From contig CALKBO010000028.1 of NCBI GenBank assembly GCA_937989875.1, positions 1,616 through 65,615 of the forward strand: a DNA stretch of 64,000 nt, written 5' to 3'. The stretch's first letter is position 1; each line of letters opens with the position of its first letter. The stretch comes from an uncultured Collinsella sp. GTDB lineage: Bacteria > Actinomycetota > Coriobacteriia > Coriobacteriales > Coriobacteriaceae. The notes under the pieces were generated by a model that did not search any database, was not told where the DNA came from, and saw nothing but the letters and a program-made list of their open reading frames with translations. The translations under genes were made by a program, and so were the position numbers. Below, piece by piece: positions 18,044 to 26,392 of the stretch.

Positions 18044-18958
18044 CTAGTGGGAGGCCTCGTCGTCGAGTGCGCACTTAATGCGGTCGCCCTCGGCAAGGAG
18101 ATTCTCCAGATAGCGCTGGTCGCGGTTCTTGAGCGCACGGCTGTAGGCGCCAAGCGACTCGATCAGATGGTCGATCTCGAAGGCGAGCGCGTCGGCGTCG
18201 TCGATCATGAGCTCGGACCACATTTGCGGGTTGAGGTGCGCCACGCGGGTGAGATCGCGGTAGCTACCGGCCGAAAAGCCGTGGTGGACCTGGGCGGTGG
18301 GGCTTTTGACGTAGGCGTTGGATACCACGTGCGCAAGCTGGCTCGTGAAGGCGATGACGCGGTCGTGCTCGGCGGCGCTGGTCACGCTGAACTTGCCAAA
18401 GCCCAAGGGGCGCACCATCTCGCGCACCTGGCCCAAAAGCTCCAGCTTGAGCGCATCGTCTACCGCGGGCGGTACGAGCACCAGCGGGGCGCCCTGGAAC
18501 AGGTCGGCACGAGAGTTAGCGTAGCCCGAGAACTGGGTGCCCGCCATGGGGTGCGCGCCCACAAAGTAAAAGCCGTGCTCGCGGGCAAGCTCAAAGGCAC
18601 GTTCGCACACGATGCCCTTGACGCCCACCGTGTCGATCACCACGGGGCCCATGATGGCGTCGGTGTCGGTGGCGTCGGCGAGCGCCTTGGCGTGCGTCTC
18701 GAGCCACTCGATGCATGCCTCGGGGTAGCAAGCCAGGACGATGATGTCGCATTCGCCGAGTGTCTTGTCGTTGAGCTCTCCGGCGACAGTGCCCATGCTG
18801 GCGGCCGTCATGACATCGTCATCGGGGTCCCAGGCCAGCACGCGGACGCCCGCCTGTGCATAGCCGCGGGCAAAGCTACCGCCGATGAGGCCAAGGCCGA
18901 CGATGCCGGCGCACTTGGGGCCGCCCTGGTTAACGCGCGCGTTTCTCACCGTACCCAT
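18044..18958 (-). CDS. tyrA: Prephenate dehydrogenase
   Basis: IVGLGLIGGSFARGY Rossmann motif and the HPMAG catalytic region. Confidence 0.88.
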   Translation of the reverse strand: MGTVRNARVNQGGPKCAGIVGLGLIGGSFARGYAQAGVRVLAWDPDDDVMTAASMGTVAGELNDKTLGECDIIVLACYPEACIEWLETHAKALADATDTDAIMGPVVIDTVGVKGIVCERAFELAREHGFYFVGAHPMAGTQFSGYANSRADLFQGAPLVLVPPAVDDALKLELLGQVREMVRPLGFGKFSVTSAAEHDRVIAFTSQLAHVVSNAYVKSPTAQVHHGFSAGSYRDLTRVAHLNPQMWSELMIDDADALAFEIDHLIESLGAYSRALKNRDQRYLENLLAEGDRIKCALDDEASH

Positions 18959-18961
18959 GGG

Positions 18962-19984
18962 CTACTCCATGGTCTCTTGGCAGACAACCTCGCGGATGGC
19001 TCGGATGCGGCGCATGGTGTCGTCGAACTGATCGGGGGTGAGGGCCTGGGCGCCGTCGGACCAGGCGCGGCTCGGCTCGTCGTGGACCTCGATCTCCAGG
19101 CCGTTGGCACCGCAGGCGGTCGCGGCGAGCGCCATGGGCTCGACGTAGCGGGTGTAGCCGGTGGCGTGGCTGGGGTCGGCGACGACGGGCAGGTGCGACA
19201 GGTGGTGCAGCACCGGCACGGCGTTAAGGTCGAAGGTGTTGCGGGTGCGGGTCTCGAAGGTGCGGATACCGCGCTCGCACAGGATGACGTTGTCGTTGCC
19301 CTCGCTCATGATGTACTCGGCTGCCATAAGCAGCTCGTCGATCGTGCCGGACATGCCGCGCTTGAGCAGAATCGGGGTCTGGGTCTTGCCGACCTCCTTG
19401 AGCAGGGGGAAGTTCTGGGCGTTGCGGGCGCCGATCTGCATGACGTCAATCTTCTTGTCAAGGAAGACCTGCACGTCGCGCGGGTCCATGATCTCGGTGA
19501 CGATCGGCATGTCGAGCTCGGCAGACGCCTCGCACAGCAGGTCGAGGCCGGCGGGGCCCATGCCCTGGTAGGCGTAGGGGGAGGTGCGGGGCTTGTAGGC
19601 ACCGCCGCGCAGCATCGTGGCACCGGCGGCCTTTACGCGGCGTGCGATGCGAATGAGGTTCTCGCCCTCGACGGAGCAGGGGCCGGCGATGACTTGGAAC
19701 TGGTCGCCGCCGATCTTGACGCCGTGGCCGCAGTCGATGACGGAGTCCTCGGGGTGGAACTTGCGGTTGGCGCGCTTGAACGGCTCCGAGACGCGCTGCA
19801 CGCGCTCGACGACATCCATGGACTCGAGCAGGAACGGGTCGATCTTGGTCGTATCGCCCACCAGGCCGATGATCGTCTCGTTCTCGCCGCGCGAGACGTC
19901 GGTCTTCAGGCCTTTTTTCTCAATCCAGCTGACGATATGGCCGACGGCCTCGTCGCTGGCGCTCTGCTTTAAAATTGCAATCAT
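18962..19984 (-). CDS. 3-deoxy-7-phosphoheptulonate (DAHP) synthase, type I-beta, with a small N-terminal regulatory-like domain
   Basis: GPCSVE, KPRTSPYAYQGMG and DPSH motifs. ATG 19984 is preceded by gaggtgagagg. The 16 extra codons of the 20032 start cover a leader hairpin. Confidence 0.9.
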   Translation of the reverse strand: MIAILKQSASDEAVGHIVSWIEKKGLKTDVSRGENETIIGLVGDTTKIDPFLLESMDVVERVQRVSEPFKRANRKFHPEDSVIDCGHGVKIGGDQFQVIAGPCSVEGENLIRIARRVKAAGATMLRGGAYKPRTSPYAYQGMGPAGLDLLCEASAELDMPIVTEIMDPRDVQVFLDKKIDVMQIGARNAQNFPLLKEVGKTQTPILLKRGMSGTIDELLMAAEYIMSEGNDNVILCERGIRTFETRTRNTFDLNAVPVLHHLSHLPVVADPSHATGYTRYVEPMALAATACGANGLEIEVHDEPSRAWSDGAQALTPDQFDDTMRRIRAIREVVCQETME

Positions 19985-20015
19985 GGTGTGCCTCTCACCT
20001 CGATGGATAACTTTT

Positions 20016-20042
20016 GCAAAAACGGCCCGCATCGCGAGCCGT
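20016..20042 (-). promoter_or_regulatory. Terminator-like hairpin plus U-run in the 5' leader of the aro operon (candidate attenuator)
   Basis: The minus strand reads acggctcg-cgatg-cgggccgt followed by ttttgc. It is an 8-bp stem including one G-U pair, about 32 nt upstream of the DAHP synthase ATG. Confidence 0.35.
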
Positions 20043-20065
20043 GTATATATGGTGCATGAGAGTTT

Positions 20066-20094
20066 ATACTATCTGACTCGCTTTTGCCTTCTAA
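20066..20094 (-). promoter_or_regulatory. Candidate sigma-70 type promoter of the aro operon
   Basis: Minus strand: TTAGAA, 17 nt, TAGTAT. This is a pattern match only. Confidence 0.3.
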
Positions 20095-20147
20095 AGTGGG
20101 CCGTTGCGCCGCGTCTTCCTCGGAATTGCAAAGCTTTTTCTTTTATT

Positions 20148-20177
20148 TTGATAGCCCGTGGTGCACTTGGGTATAAT
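20148..20177 (+). promoter_or_regulatory. Candidate promoter of tRNA-Arg(CCG)
   Basis: TTGATA, 18 nt, TATAAT. The -10 element ends 11 nt before the tRNA 5' end. Confidence 0.45.
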
Positions 20178-20188
20178 GGCAAACGTTG

Positions 20189-20265
20189 GCCCTATTAGCT
20201 CAGGGGATTAGAGCGTCTGCCTCCGGAGCAGAAGGCCGTTGGTTCGAATCCAACATGGGGCACCA
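20189..20265 (+). tRNA. tRNA-Arg (anticodon CCG), CCA encoded
   Basis: Acceptor GCCCTAT/ATGGGGC, D arm GCTC-AGGGGATTA-GAGC, anticodon arm TCTGC-CTCCGGA-GCAGA, T arm GTTGG-TTCGAAT-CCAAC. Confidence 0.92.
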
Positions 20266-20276
20266 TCGAACGTAAG

Positions 20277-20311
20277 ACCGTCCGAACCTCGCATGGTCCG
20301 GGCGGTTTTTC
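20277..20311 (+). terminator. Intrinsic terminator after tRNA-Arg(CCG)
   Basis: accgtccg ... cgggcggt stem (8 bp with one G-U) followed by ttttt. Confidence 0.55.
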
Positions 20312-20326
20312 TTATACCGACGCGAC

Positions 20327-23065
20327 GTGATGGGACGTGGTATGGCAGCAACGGATATCGAGCGCGGACTCTCGACCGCCGAGGTCGAGGAGCGCATCGC
20401 CGCCGGTAAGATCAACCGCAACATGGAGCTCAAGACCAAGTCGGTCAAAGAGCTCATCATCGAGAACCTCTGCACGCTGTTCAATTTGATCAACGTGATC
20501 TTGGCGTTCCTGGTTATTTTGACCGGTTCGTTTAAGAATCTGACGTTCCTGTTCGTGGTGTTCCTCAATACCGCCATTGGCGTCATTCAGTCCATGCGTT
20601 CCAAGAAGATGGTCGATAAGCTCACGCTGCTGACCTCCAAGAAGGCCATCGCGGTGCGCGACGGCGTCGAGGTGGAGCTCGACCTGGACCAGATCGTGCT
20701 CGACGACATCATTCGCCTGGGGCGCGGCGACCAGATTCTCGCTGACGCCGTGGTGGTTTCGGGCGAGGCGCTCGTGAACGAGAGCTTGCTGACGGGCGAG
20801 AGCGACCTTATCAAGAAACAGCCTGGTTCCGAGCTCATGAGCGGCAGCTTTATCGACTCGGGCCTGCTGCGCGCCCGCGTGATTCATGTCGGCGCCGACA
20901 ACTACGTGGCCAAAATTAATAACGAGGCCAAGTACGTCAAAAAGGTCAATTCCGAGATCATGAACGCGTTTAACGCCATCGTGCGCTTTACGAGCATCAT
21001 CATGATCCCGCTCGGTTTGGCGTTGTTTGCCTCAAGTGTGAGCGAGCTGTGGGATGCCGCGGGAACCCCGGGCGATAGCGCGCTTTCGTGGTGCTTCTCC
21101 GAGCTGTTGGCTGGTCATGTGCCTTCGTCGGCGCTGCTGTCCACGGTGGGCGCCCTGCTGGGCATGATCCCGCAAGGCCTGGTGCTGCTGACCTCGTCGG
21201 TGCTCGCCATCGCCACGGTGCGCCTGGCTCGCCGCAAGGTGCTGGCACAGCAGCTCTACTGCATCGAGACGCTCGCTCGCGTCGACGTGCTGTGCCTGGA
21301 CAAGACGGGCACCATCACGTCGGGCCGCATGGAGGTCGAGGGCACGTATCCGCTGCCGGTTGAGGGCGTGAGCCTAGGCGCCGGCTCGGACGAGGCGGCC
21401 GTTCCCGTCGATACCACGGTACTCGATTTTGCGCTGGCTAACGTGGCACGTGCGACCTCGGCCGATGCCAACGAGACATGCCAGGCGCTGCTCAACTATT
21501 ACGCCGATCGCCCGGTCGAGGTGTCCGAGCCGCTGTCGGTCATTCCATTCTCGTCGTCTAAAAAATGGAGCGGCGCTTCGTTTGCGCAGGGCTCCTATGT
21601 GATGGGCGCCGCGCAGTTTGTGCTTTCGGAGCGTGTGTTTTCGCAGGTCGAGAACCGTGTCGCCGAGCTTGCCGATACCTGCCGCGTGCTCGTGGTGGCG
21701 CGCGTGGACGGCTTTACGCCCGATGGGGATATGGTGGGCGAGGCCGAGCCCGTGGGATTTGTGACCATCCGCGACGAGATTCGTACCTCGGCGGCCGAGA
21801 CCATCGGCTACTTTAACGAGCAGGGCGTGACCCTCAACGTGATCAGCGGCGACGACCCACGTACGGTGTCGTCGATCGCGCGCGTGGTGGGCGTGCCGGG
21901 GGCGGACGCTTATGTGGACGCCACGACGCTCGATACGCCGGCCAAGCTCGATGCCGCAGTGGACCGCTACCATGTCTTTGGTCGTGTGACCCCGCAGCAG
22001 AAGCGCGAGCTCGTGCAGGCGCTCAAGCGCCGCGAGCACACCGTGGCCATGACGGGCGACGGCGTCAACGACGTGCTGGCGCTCAAGGAGGCCGACTGCT
22101 CCGTCGCCATGGCGGCTGGCTCCGATGCCGCGCGCAACGTGGCCGAGATCGTACTCGTCGACAACGATTTTGCCTCGATGCCCGCCGTGGTGGCCGAGGG
22201 CCGTCGCTCCATCAACAACCTGCAGCGTTCGGCCTCACTGTTCCTGACCAAGACGCTGTTCTCGATGGGCCTGGCGGCGCTGTGTATCGCGCTGCCGCCG
22301 TACCCCTTCGAGCCCATCCAGATGACGCTCATTAACTTCTTCTGCATCGGCGCGCCGGGCTTTGTGTTGGGCCTGGAGCCCAACAATGCTCGTGTGAAGG
22401 GTGCGTTTTTGAGCAACGTACTCAAGCGTGCACTGCCGGCGTCGATTGCGGTCATTTTGGCTGCGGCGCTCGATATCTTTGTGGCGCGCGTGTTTGGCTT
22501 TAGCCAGCTCACGCTGTCTACGATGTGCCTGCTTACGTCGTGCGCGGCGAGCGTCAGCCTAATCTGGCGCATCTCGCAGCCTCTCACGCCCTTACGTGTG
22601 GTGCTCTTTGTGTTTGTAGTCGCCGGCATCCTGGTGGGCGTTATCGGATTCCCGGAGCTGCTGTCTATTGCCAACCTGTCGATGGGCCAGATGGTTATCT
22701 TGGCTGTTATCGTGGTCTTTACCTGCTCGGTGTTCTTTAAGCTCGCCACGATGATGGATTCGCTCAAGCCGCGTCGTCGTCATGCCGCAACTGGTTTTGG
22801 CCGTGGTGTGCGCGTCCACCTGGGTCGCGGTGGCGGCAAGGTGAGCTCGACGGGTTCGACGGCCGAGCGTTTTGCCAAGCGCGTCGCCGCCGACATGGCG
22901 CAGCGCCGCGAAGATCGCACCGCTCGCGAGGCCGAGGCCCGCGCACTCGAGGGCGTGGCCCAGGTCCAGCCCAAGAAAAAGAAGAGTGCCGGAGCCAAGC
23001 GCTCTCGCGTGACCAAGTCCGCCCAAGGCATCAAGGTCTCGATGCCAAGCAAAAAGAAGAAGTAG
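20327..23065 (+). CDS. Cation-translocating P-type ATPase (HAD-IC family, Ca/Mg-type) with a basic C-terminal tail
   Basis: DKTGTITSGRM phosphorylation motif, the MTGDGVNDVLALKEADCSVAM hinge, and about 10 hydrophobic helices. The start is ambiguous (GTG 20327, ATG 20330 or ATG 20342). Confidence 0.9.
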   Translation: MMGRGMAATDIERGLSTAEVEERIAAGKINRNMELKTKSVKELIIENLCTLFNLINVILAFLVILTGSFKNLTFLFVVFLNTAIGVIQSMRSKKMVDKLTLLTSKKAIAVRDGVEVELDLDQIVLDDIIRLGRGDQILADAVVVSGEALVNESLLTGESDLIKKQPGSELMSGSFIDSGLLRARVIHVGADNYVAKINNEAKYVKKVNSEIMNAFNAIVRFTSIIMIPLGLALFASSVSELWDAAGTPGDSALSWCFSELLAGHVPSSALLSTVGALLGMIPQGLVLLTSSVLAIATVRLARRKVLAQQLYCIETLARVDVLCLDKTGTITSGRMEVEGTYPLPVEGVSLGAGSDEAAVPVDTTVLDFALANVARATSADANETCQALLNYYADRPVEVSEPLSVIPFSSSKKWSGASFAQGSYVMGAAQFVLSERVFSQVENRVAELADTCRVLVVARVDGFTPDGDMVGEAEPVGFVTIRDEIRTSAAETIGYFNEQGVTLNVISGDDPRTVSSIARVVGVPGADAYVDATTLDTPAKLDAAVDRYHVFGRVTPQQKRELVQALKRREHTVAMTGDGVNDVLALKEADCSVAMAAGSDAARNVAEIVLVDNDFASMPAVVAEGRRSINNLQRSASLFLTKTLFSMGLAALCIALPPYPFEPIQMTLINFFCIGAPGFVLGLEPNNARVKGAFLSNVLKRALPASIAVILAAALDIFVARVFGFSQLTLSTMCLLTSCAASVSLIWRISQPLTPLRVVLFVFVVAGILVGVIGFPELLSIANLSMGQMVILAVIVVFTCSVFFKLATMMDSLKPRRRHAATGFGRGVRVHLGRGGGKVSSTGSTAERFAKRVAADMAQRREDRTAREAEARALEGVAQVQPKKKKSAGAKRSRVTKSAQGIKVSMPSKKKK

Positions 23066-23168
23066 CTACGCGCCCTGGCGATGTTGAATTGGTGCCTTGT
23101 TCCTGTGGGGCCGTGGCGATGTTATGCTCTAACCTCGATTGTTTGAATTGCTTCGAAAAGAGGATGCC

Positions 23169-24311
23169 GTGATCTGCCCGCATTGCCTTAAGACTATCGA
23201 GGACGGCGCCTCGTTCTGCCCCTACTGCAACGCCTATGTGGGTCCGGGCGATGGCCCCGAGCACACCGAGTTCGTGTTCTGTGAGGGCTGCGGTGCCCGT
23301 CTTTCTCCGCATGATCGTACGTGCCCCAAATGCGGACGCCCCGCTCCGGGTATCCTCTCCGAGGACGCGGCCGCATCCGACCTGGCAGCGGGCCGCACGG
23401 CGGGCTTTCCGCGCCTAACGCAAGAGCAGATCGATACCGAGGTGCCGCATGCGCCTGCCTCGGCTGCCGCGGTTCTTTCGGACGCCGCCGATCCTAACGA
23501 GACCTGCGTGCTGCCGGCTTTCGATAAGGATTTCGGTATTCCCAAGGTCGATATTCCCACGCCCGTTTCCCTGCATGACGATGCTCAAAAACCCAAGCGC
23601 AAAGTGCATCCCGACGAGGACGCCTATCACAAGCACAAGCGTCATATCCCCAAGCCGCTCATCGTCATCGCGGTCCTTGCTGTCGTTTGTGGCGGTGCCT
23701 ATTGGTTCGTGACGACCGATCCCATGGGTGTTATGCCCGGCTTCTATGACCAGTTTGGCCAGGCCGCGCAGACGACCTTCCCTACGCGCCAAAAGGGTGA
23801 GGCGACTGAGGACGATACCAAGCAGGACGATTCTGCCGAGGTGGTCCAGGAAGAAACCGTGCTCACCGATGATCAGCTCTATACCAGGCTCGACGGTCTG
23901 TATCAGACCATCGTGTCCTACGGTGACGAGGACCAGATCGGCGAGGTCATCGATTCTTTTAACAACGGCTATCTTCGAACGCCGCTGTCCACCCGTCAGG
24001 AGCTGTCGCAGAGTGCCTACGCCCTGCGCGACCAGATCAAAAAGACGCAAGATGAGCTCAACAACCTTAAGTATCAGGACGATACGGTCTATGCGGACGA
24101 CATCGCCCACTTAAAGCAGCTTGCCGAGTGGATGTATGAGCGCGTCGACGTGATTTGCCAGAGCTGGGACATCTCGCTGGCCATTCCCGATGGCGAGTCG
24201 ATGAGTTCCCACCAAAGCGAGATCCTGGCGCCCATCGCGCAGAGTGGCAACAGCGCGCTGAACCAGTACGACGCCAATGTGGGTTCCTGGAAGCCGCAGC
24301 AGCGTTCCTAA
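23169..24311 (+). CDS. Double zinc-ribbon membrane protein of unknown function
   Basis: CPHC...CPYC and CEGC...CPKC motifs, then a Pro/Ala-rich linker, one TM helix (PLIVIAVLAVVCGGAYWFV) and a C-terminal domain of about 190 aa. GTG 23169 follows aaagagga; the ORF track start TTG 23139 is an alternative. Confidence 0.6.
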   Translation: MICPHCLKTIEDGASFCPYCNAYVGPGDGPEHTEFVFCEGCGARLSPHDRTCPKCGRPAPGILSEDAAASDLAAGRTAGFPRLTQEQIDTEVPHAPASAAAVLSDAADPNETCVLPAFDKDFGIPKVDIPTPVSLHDDAQKPKRKVHPDEDAYHKHKRHIPKPLIVIAVLAVVCGGAYWFVTTDPMGVMPGFYDQFGQAAQTTFPTRQKGEATEDDTKQDDSAEVVQEETVLTDDQLYTRLDGLYQTIVSYGDEDQIGEVIDSFNNGYLRTPLSTRQELSQSAYALRDQIKKTQDELNNLKYQDDTVYADDIAHLKQLAEWMYERVDVICQSWDISLAIPDGESMSSHQSEILAPIAQSGNSALNQYDANVGSWKPQQRS

Positions 24312-24349
24312 AATTAGTTCGCCATAGTCGGCATAACCTACGTGCGCAA

Positions 24350-24379
24350 TTGATGTAAGCGCATGCTTATTGCTACAAT
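24350..24379 (+). promoter_or_regulatory. Candidate promoter upstream of the cyclophilin gene
   Basis: TTGATG, 18 nt, TACAAT, with an extended -10 TGc. Confidence 0.4.
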
Positions 24380-24418
24380 TCGTACAAATATGCTTTAAAC
24401 GCACGAGGAAGGAACCAC

Positions 24419-24961
24419 ATGTTTGGTTTTAAGAAAGAGCTCTACACGCCCGAGTATCAGCTTGCCGGCGACGAGTGCGCCGTTATCGAGACGTCGAAGG
24501 GTACCATCAAGGTCAAGTTTGACGGCGAGGGCGCTCCCATTCATGTCGCGAACTTCTGCGAGCTTTCTACGATGGGCTTCTATGATGGCCTTAAGTTCCA
24601 TCGCTATGTGCCCGGCTTTGTCATTCAGGGCGGCGACCCCAATACCCGCGATATGTCCGGCGCCGACGTCGCTGCCGGTCTTGAGGGCCCCGACGGCATG
24701 CCCGGTACCGGTGGTCCCGGCTACTGCATCAAGGGCGAGTTTGCCACCAATCCGCGCAACAGCCATGTCGATGGTGCCCTTGCCATGGCACGCTCCATGG
24801 ACCCCGATTCCGCGGGTTCGCAGTTCTACTTCTGCCTGGGTGCCCAGCATAACCTCGATTCCGGTTACACCGTCTTTGGTACCACGGTCGAGGGTCTCGA
24901 TGTGATTTCGCAGCTGCGTGCCGGCGACGAGATCGTCCATGTCGAGATCGTTCACGAGTAA
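24419..24961 (+). CDS. ppiB: Peptidyl-prolyl cis-trans isomerase, cyclophilin type
   Basis: HVANFCEL, FHRYVPGFVIQGGDP and GSQFYFC motifs. Confidence 0.92.
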   Translation: MFGFKKELYTPEYQLAGDECAVIETSKGTIKVKFDGEGAPIHVANFCELSTMGFYDGLKFHRYVPGFVIQGGDPNTRDMSGADVAAGLEGPDGMPGTGGPGYCIKGEFATNPRNSHVDGALAMARSMDPDSAGSQFYFCLGAQHNLDSGYTVFGTTVEGLDVISQLRAGDEIVHVEIVHE

Positions 24962-24972
24962 AGGGGACTTCC

Positions 24973-26277
24973 TTGAATAGCCAGCTGATCCAACAGGGCC
25001 GCGCCGCTTACCGCGCGGGTGATTTTTCCGCTGCAGCCCAGATGCTTGGGGCGGCAAAGACTCCCGATGAGATTATGGGCGAGGCCGATCACCTCCGTGG
25101 CAACGCCTTGATGCACCTGGGCATGTATGCCGAGGCCGCCGAGGCCTATGCCGCCGCCCTCAACGACGGTACCTACGGCAAGCGCGGCGCGCTGCTCACC
25201 AACCGCGGCAAGGCGCTCGCCGCCGTGGGCGACTACACGACGGCCGCTCAGGCGTTCTCTGCCGCTACGCAGGATGCTTCCTATGCCACGCCGTTCAAGG
25301 CCTATCTGGGCCTGGGTAACGCGCTGTTCCAGTCAGGCGACTATGCCAACGCGGGTACTGCCTTCCGTCAGGCTGCCATCGACGGCGCCAATCCGGCTCC
25401 TGCCGCCGCACTTGGCGAGCTCGGTCGTTGCTTCATTAAGCTTGGCCGTCCGGCGGATGCCGTGGAGACCTACCGCACGGCTATCGACTTTGCCGGCCCC
25501 CGCGACGACACGCGTGCGCTCAACGCCGGCATGGGTCAGGCACTTTCTGCCGCCGGCCGCCCCTCCGACGCACTCGACGCCTTTAACGCCGCTACTGCCG
25601 ATGGCATCTACCAGCTCACCTCCGAGCAGGCCGATGAGCTTGCCCGCGTGCATGATTCGCTTGCCGCACTGTCTGCCCAGACGGCTATGGCCACGGCTCC
25701 GGCGCCCGCGATGGACGCTCCTGCCGTCGATCCGCTCGATCCTACGGGCGCGACCGGTCAGTTTATGCCCGATCCCTCGGACACCGGCTTCTTTACGCTG
25801 TCCGAGTCCGAGATGGTCCAGCAGGACCGTCAGGATCGTAAGCAGGCCAAGGTCCGTCGTCGCCATCGCCACACGGGTCTCAAGGTCTTCATCGTGCTGC
25901 TTCTGCTCATTTTGATTGCTGCGGGCGGTCTGGGCTTTGCCTACACGCGCGGCTTTGGCTTCCCCTCGCAGGAGTCGGTTATCACCGATCTGTTCCAGGC
26001 TGCCGGCGACGGTGACACCGCAAAGGCCGAGTCTTGCCTGGCCTCGAGCCTGTCCGAGGACGCCAAGTCGATGATCATCTCCTCGATTCCGCAGGGCGCC
26101 ACCGTGTCCGTCGAGGGCATGGATCAGTCCATGACCGAGACGACCGCTAAGGTGAAGGCATCGCTGTCCAAGGGCGGCGAGCAGGAGCACACCGTCAAAT
26201 TCGTGCGCTCCGACAACCATATCGGCTGGGCCGTTTCCTCGCTCGATATGGATTTCTCGGCTGCTGACAACCAGTAG
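24973..26277 (+). CDS. TPR-repeat protein with one transmembrane helix and a small C-terminal extracytoplasmic domain
   Basis: Repeated A-x-x-Y/F-x-x-A helical TPR-like units and the TM helix GLKVFIVLLLLILIAAGGLGFAY. TTG start after aaagggga. Confidence 0.6.
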   Translation: MNSQLIQQGRAAYRAGDFSAAAQMLGAAKTPDEIMGEADHLRGNALMHLGMYAEAAEAYAAALNDGTYGKRGALLTNRGKALAAVGDYTTAAQAFSAATQDASYATPFKAYLGLGNALFQSGDYANAGTAFRQAAIDGANPAPAAALGELGRCFIKLGRPADAVETYRTAIDFAGPRDDTRALNAGMGQALSAAGRPSDALDAFNAATADGIYQLTSEQADELARVHDSLAALSAQTAMATAPAPAMDAPAVDPLDPTGATGQFMPDPSDTGFFTLSESEMVQQDRQDRKQAKVRRRHRHTGLKVFIVLLLLILIAAGGLGFAYTRGFGFPSQESVITDLFQAAGDGDTAKAESCLASSLSEDAKSMIISSIPQGATVSVEGMDQSMTETTAKVKASLSKGGEQEHTVKFVRSDNHIGWAVSSLDMDFSAADNQ

Positions 26278-26299
26278 TGACCTTATGGGATTTAGCTTT

Positions 26300-26332
26300 G
26301 CCCGGCGCTTCACCGCAAGTGAGGTGCCGGGC
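26300..26332 (+). terminator. Hairpin downstream of the TPR gene (weak terminator candidate)
   Basis: gcccggcgcttcac-cgcaa-gtgaggtgccgggc; only a poor T-tract follows. Confidence 0.3.
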
Positions 26333-26392
26333 TTGCGCTAGTATCATGAGCTAGTAGTTTTCCAGCAATCATCCAACACATCAGGAGTTGCG

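Noticed and set aside
12196-19972. Long plus-strand ORFs (12196..14337, 713 aa; 15312..16307; 17960..19972, 670 aa) across the aro operon
   Set aside because: They are antisense shadows of aroE/K, pheA, aroA, aroB, tyrA and the DAHP synthase gene. Their composition is typical of GC-rich antisense frames and they have no recognisable domains.
19995-20057. 20-codon ORF (MHHIYTARDAGRFCKSYPSR) in the aro leader as a classical attenuation leader peptide
   Set aside because: It has only scattered aromatic codons (2 Tyr, 1 Phe), with no tandem run and no evident RBS. There is not enough evidence to call a leader peptide.
20200-20887. Minus-strand ORFs 20200..20586 and 20312..20887 overlapping tRNA-Arg(CCG) and the 5' end of the P-type ATPase gene
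   Set aside because: They overlap a clear tRNA and a clear CDS on the other strand, and have no motifs.
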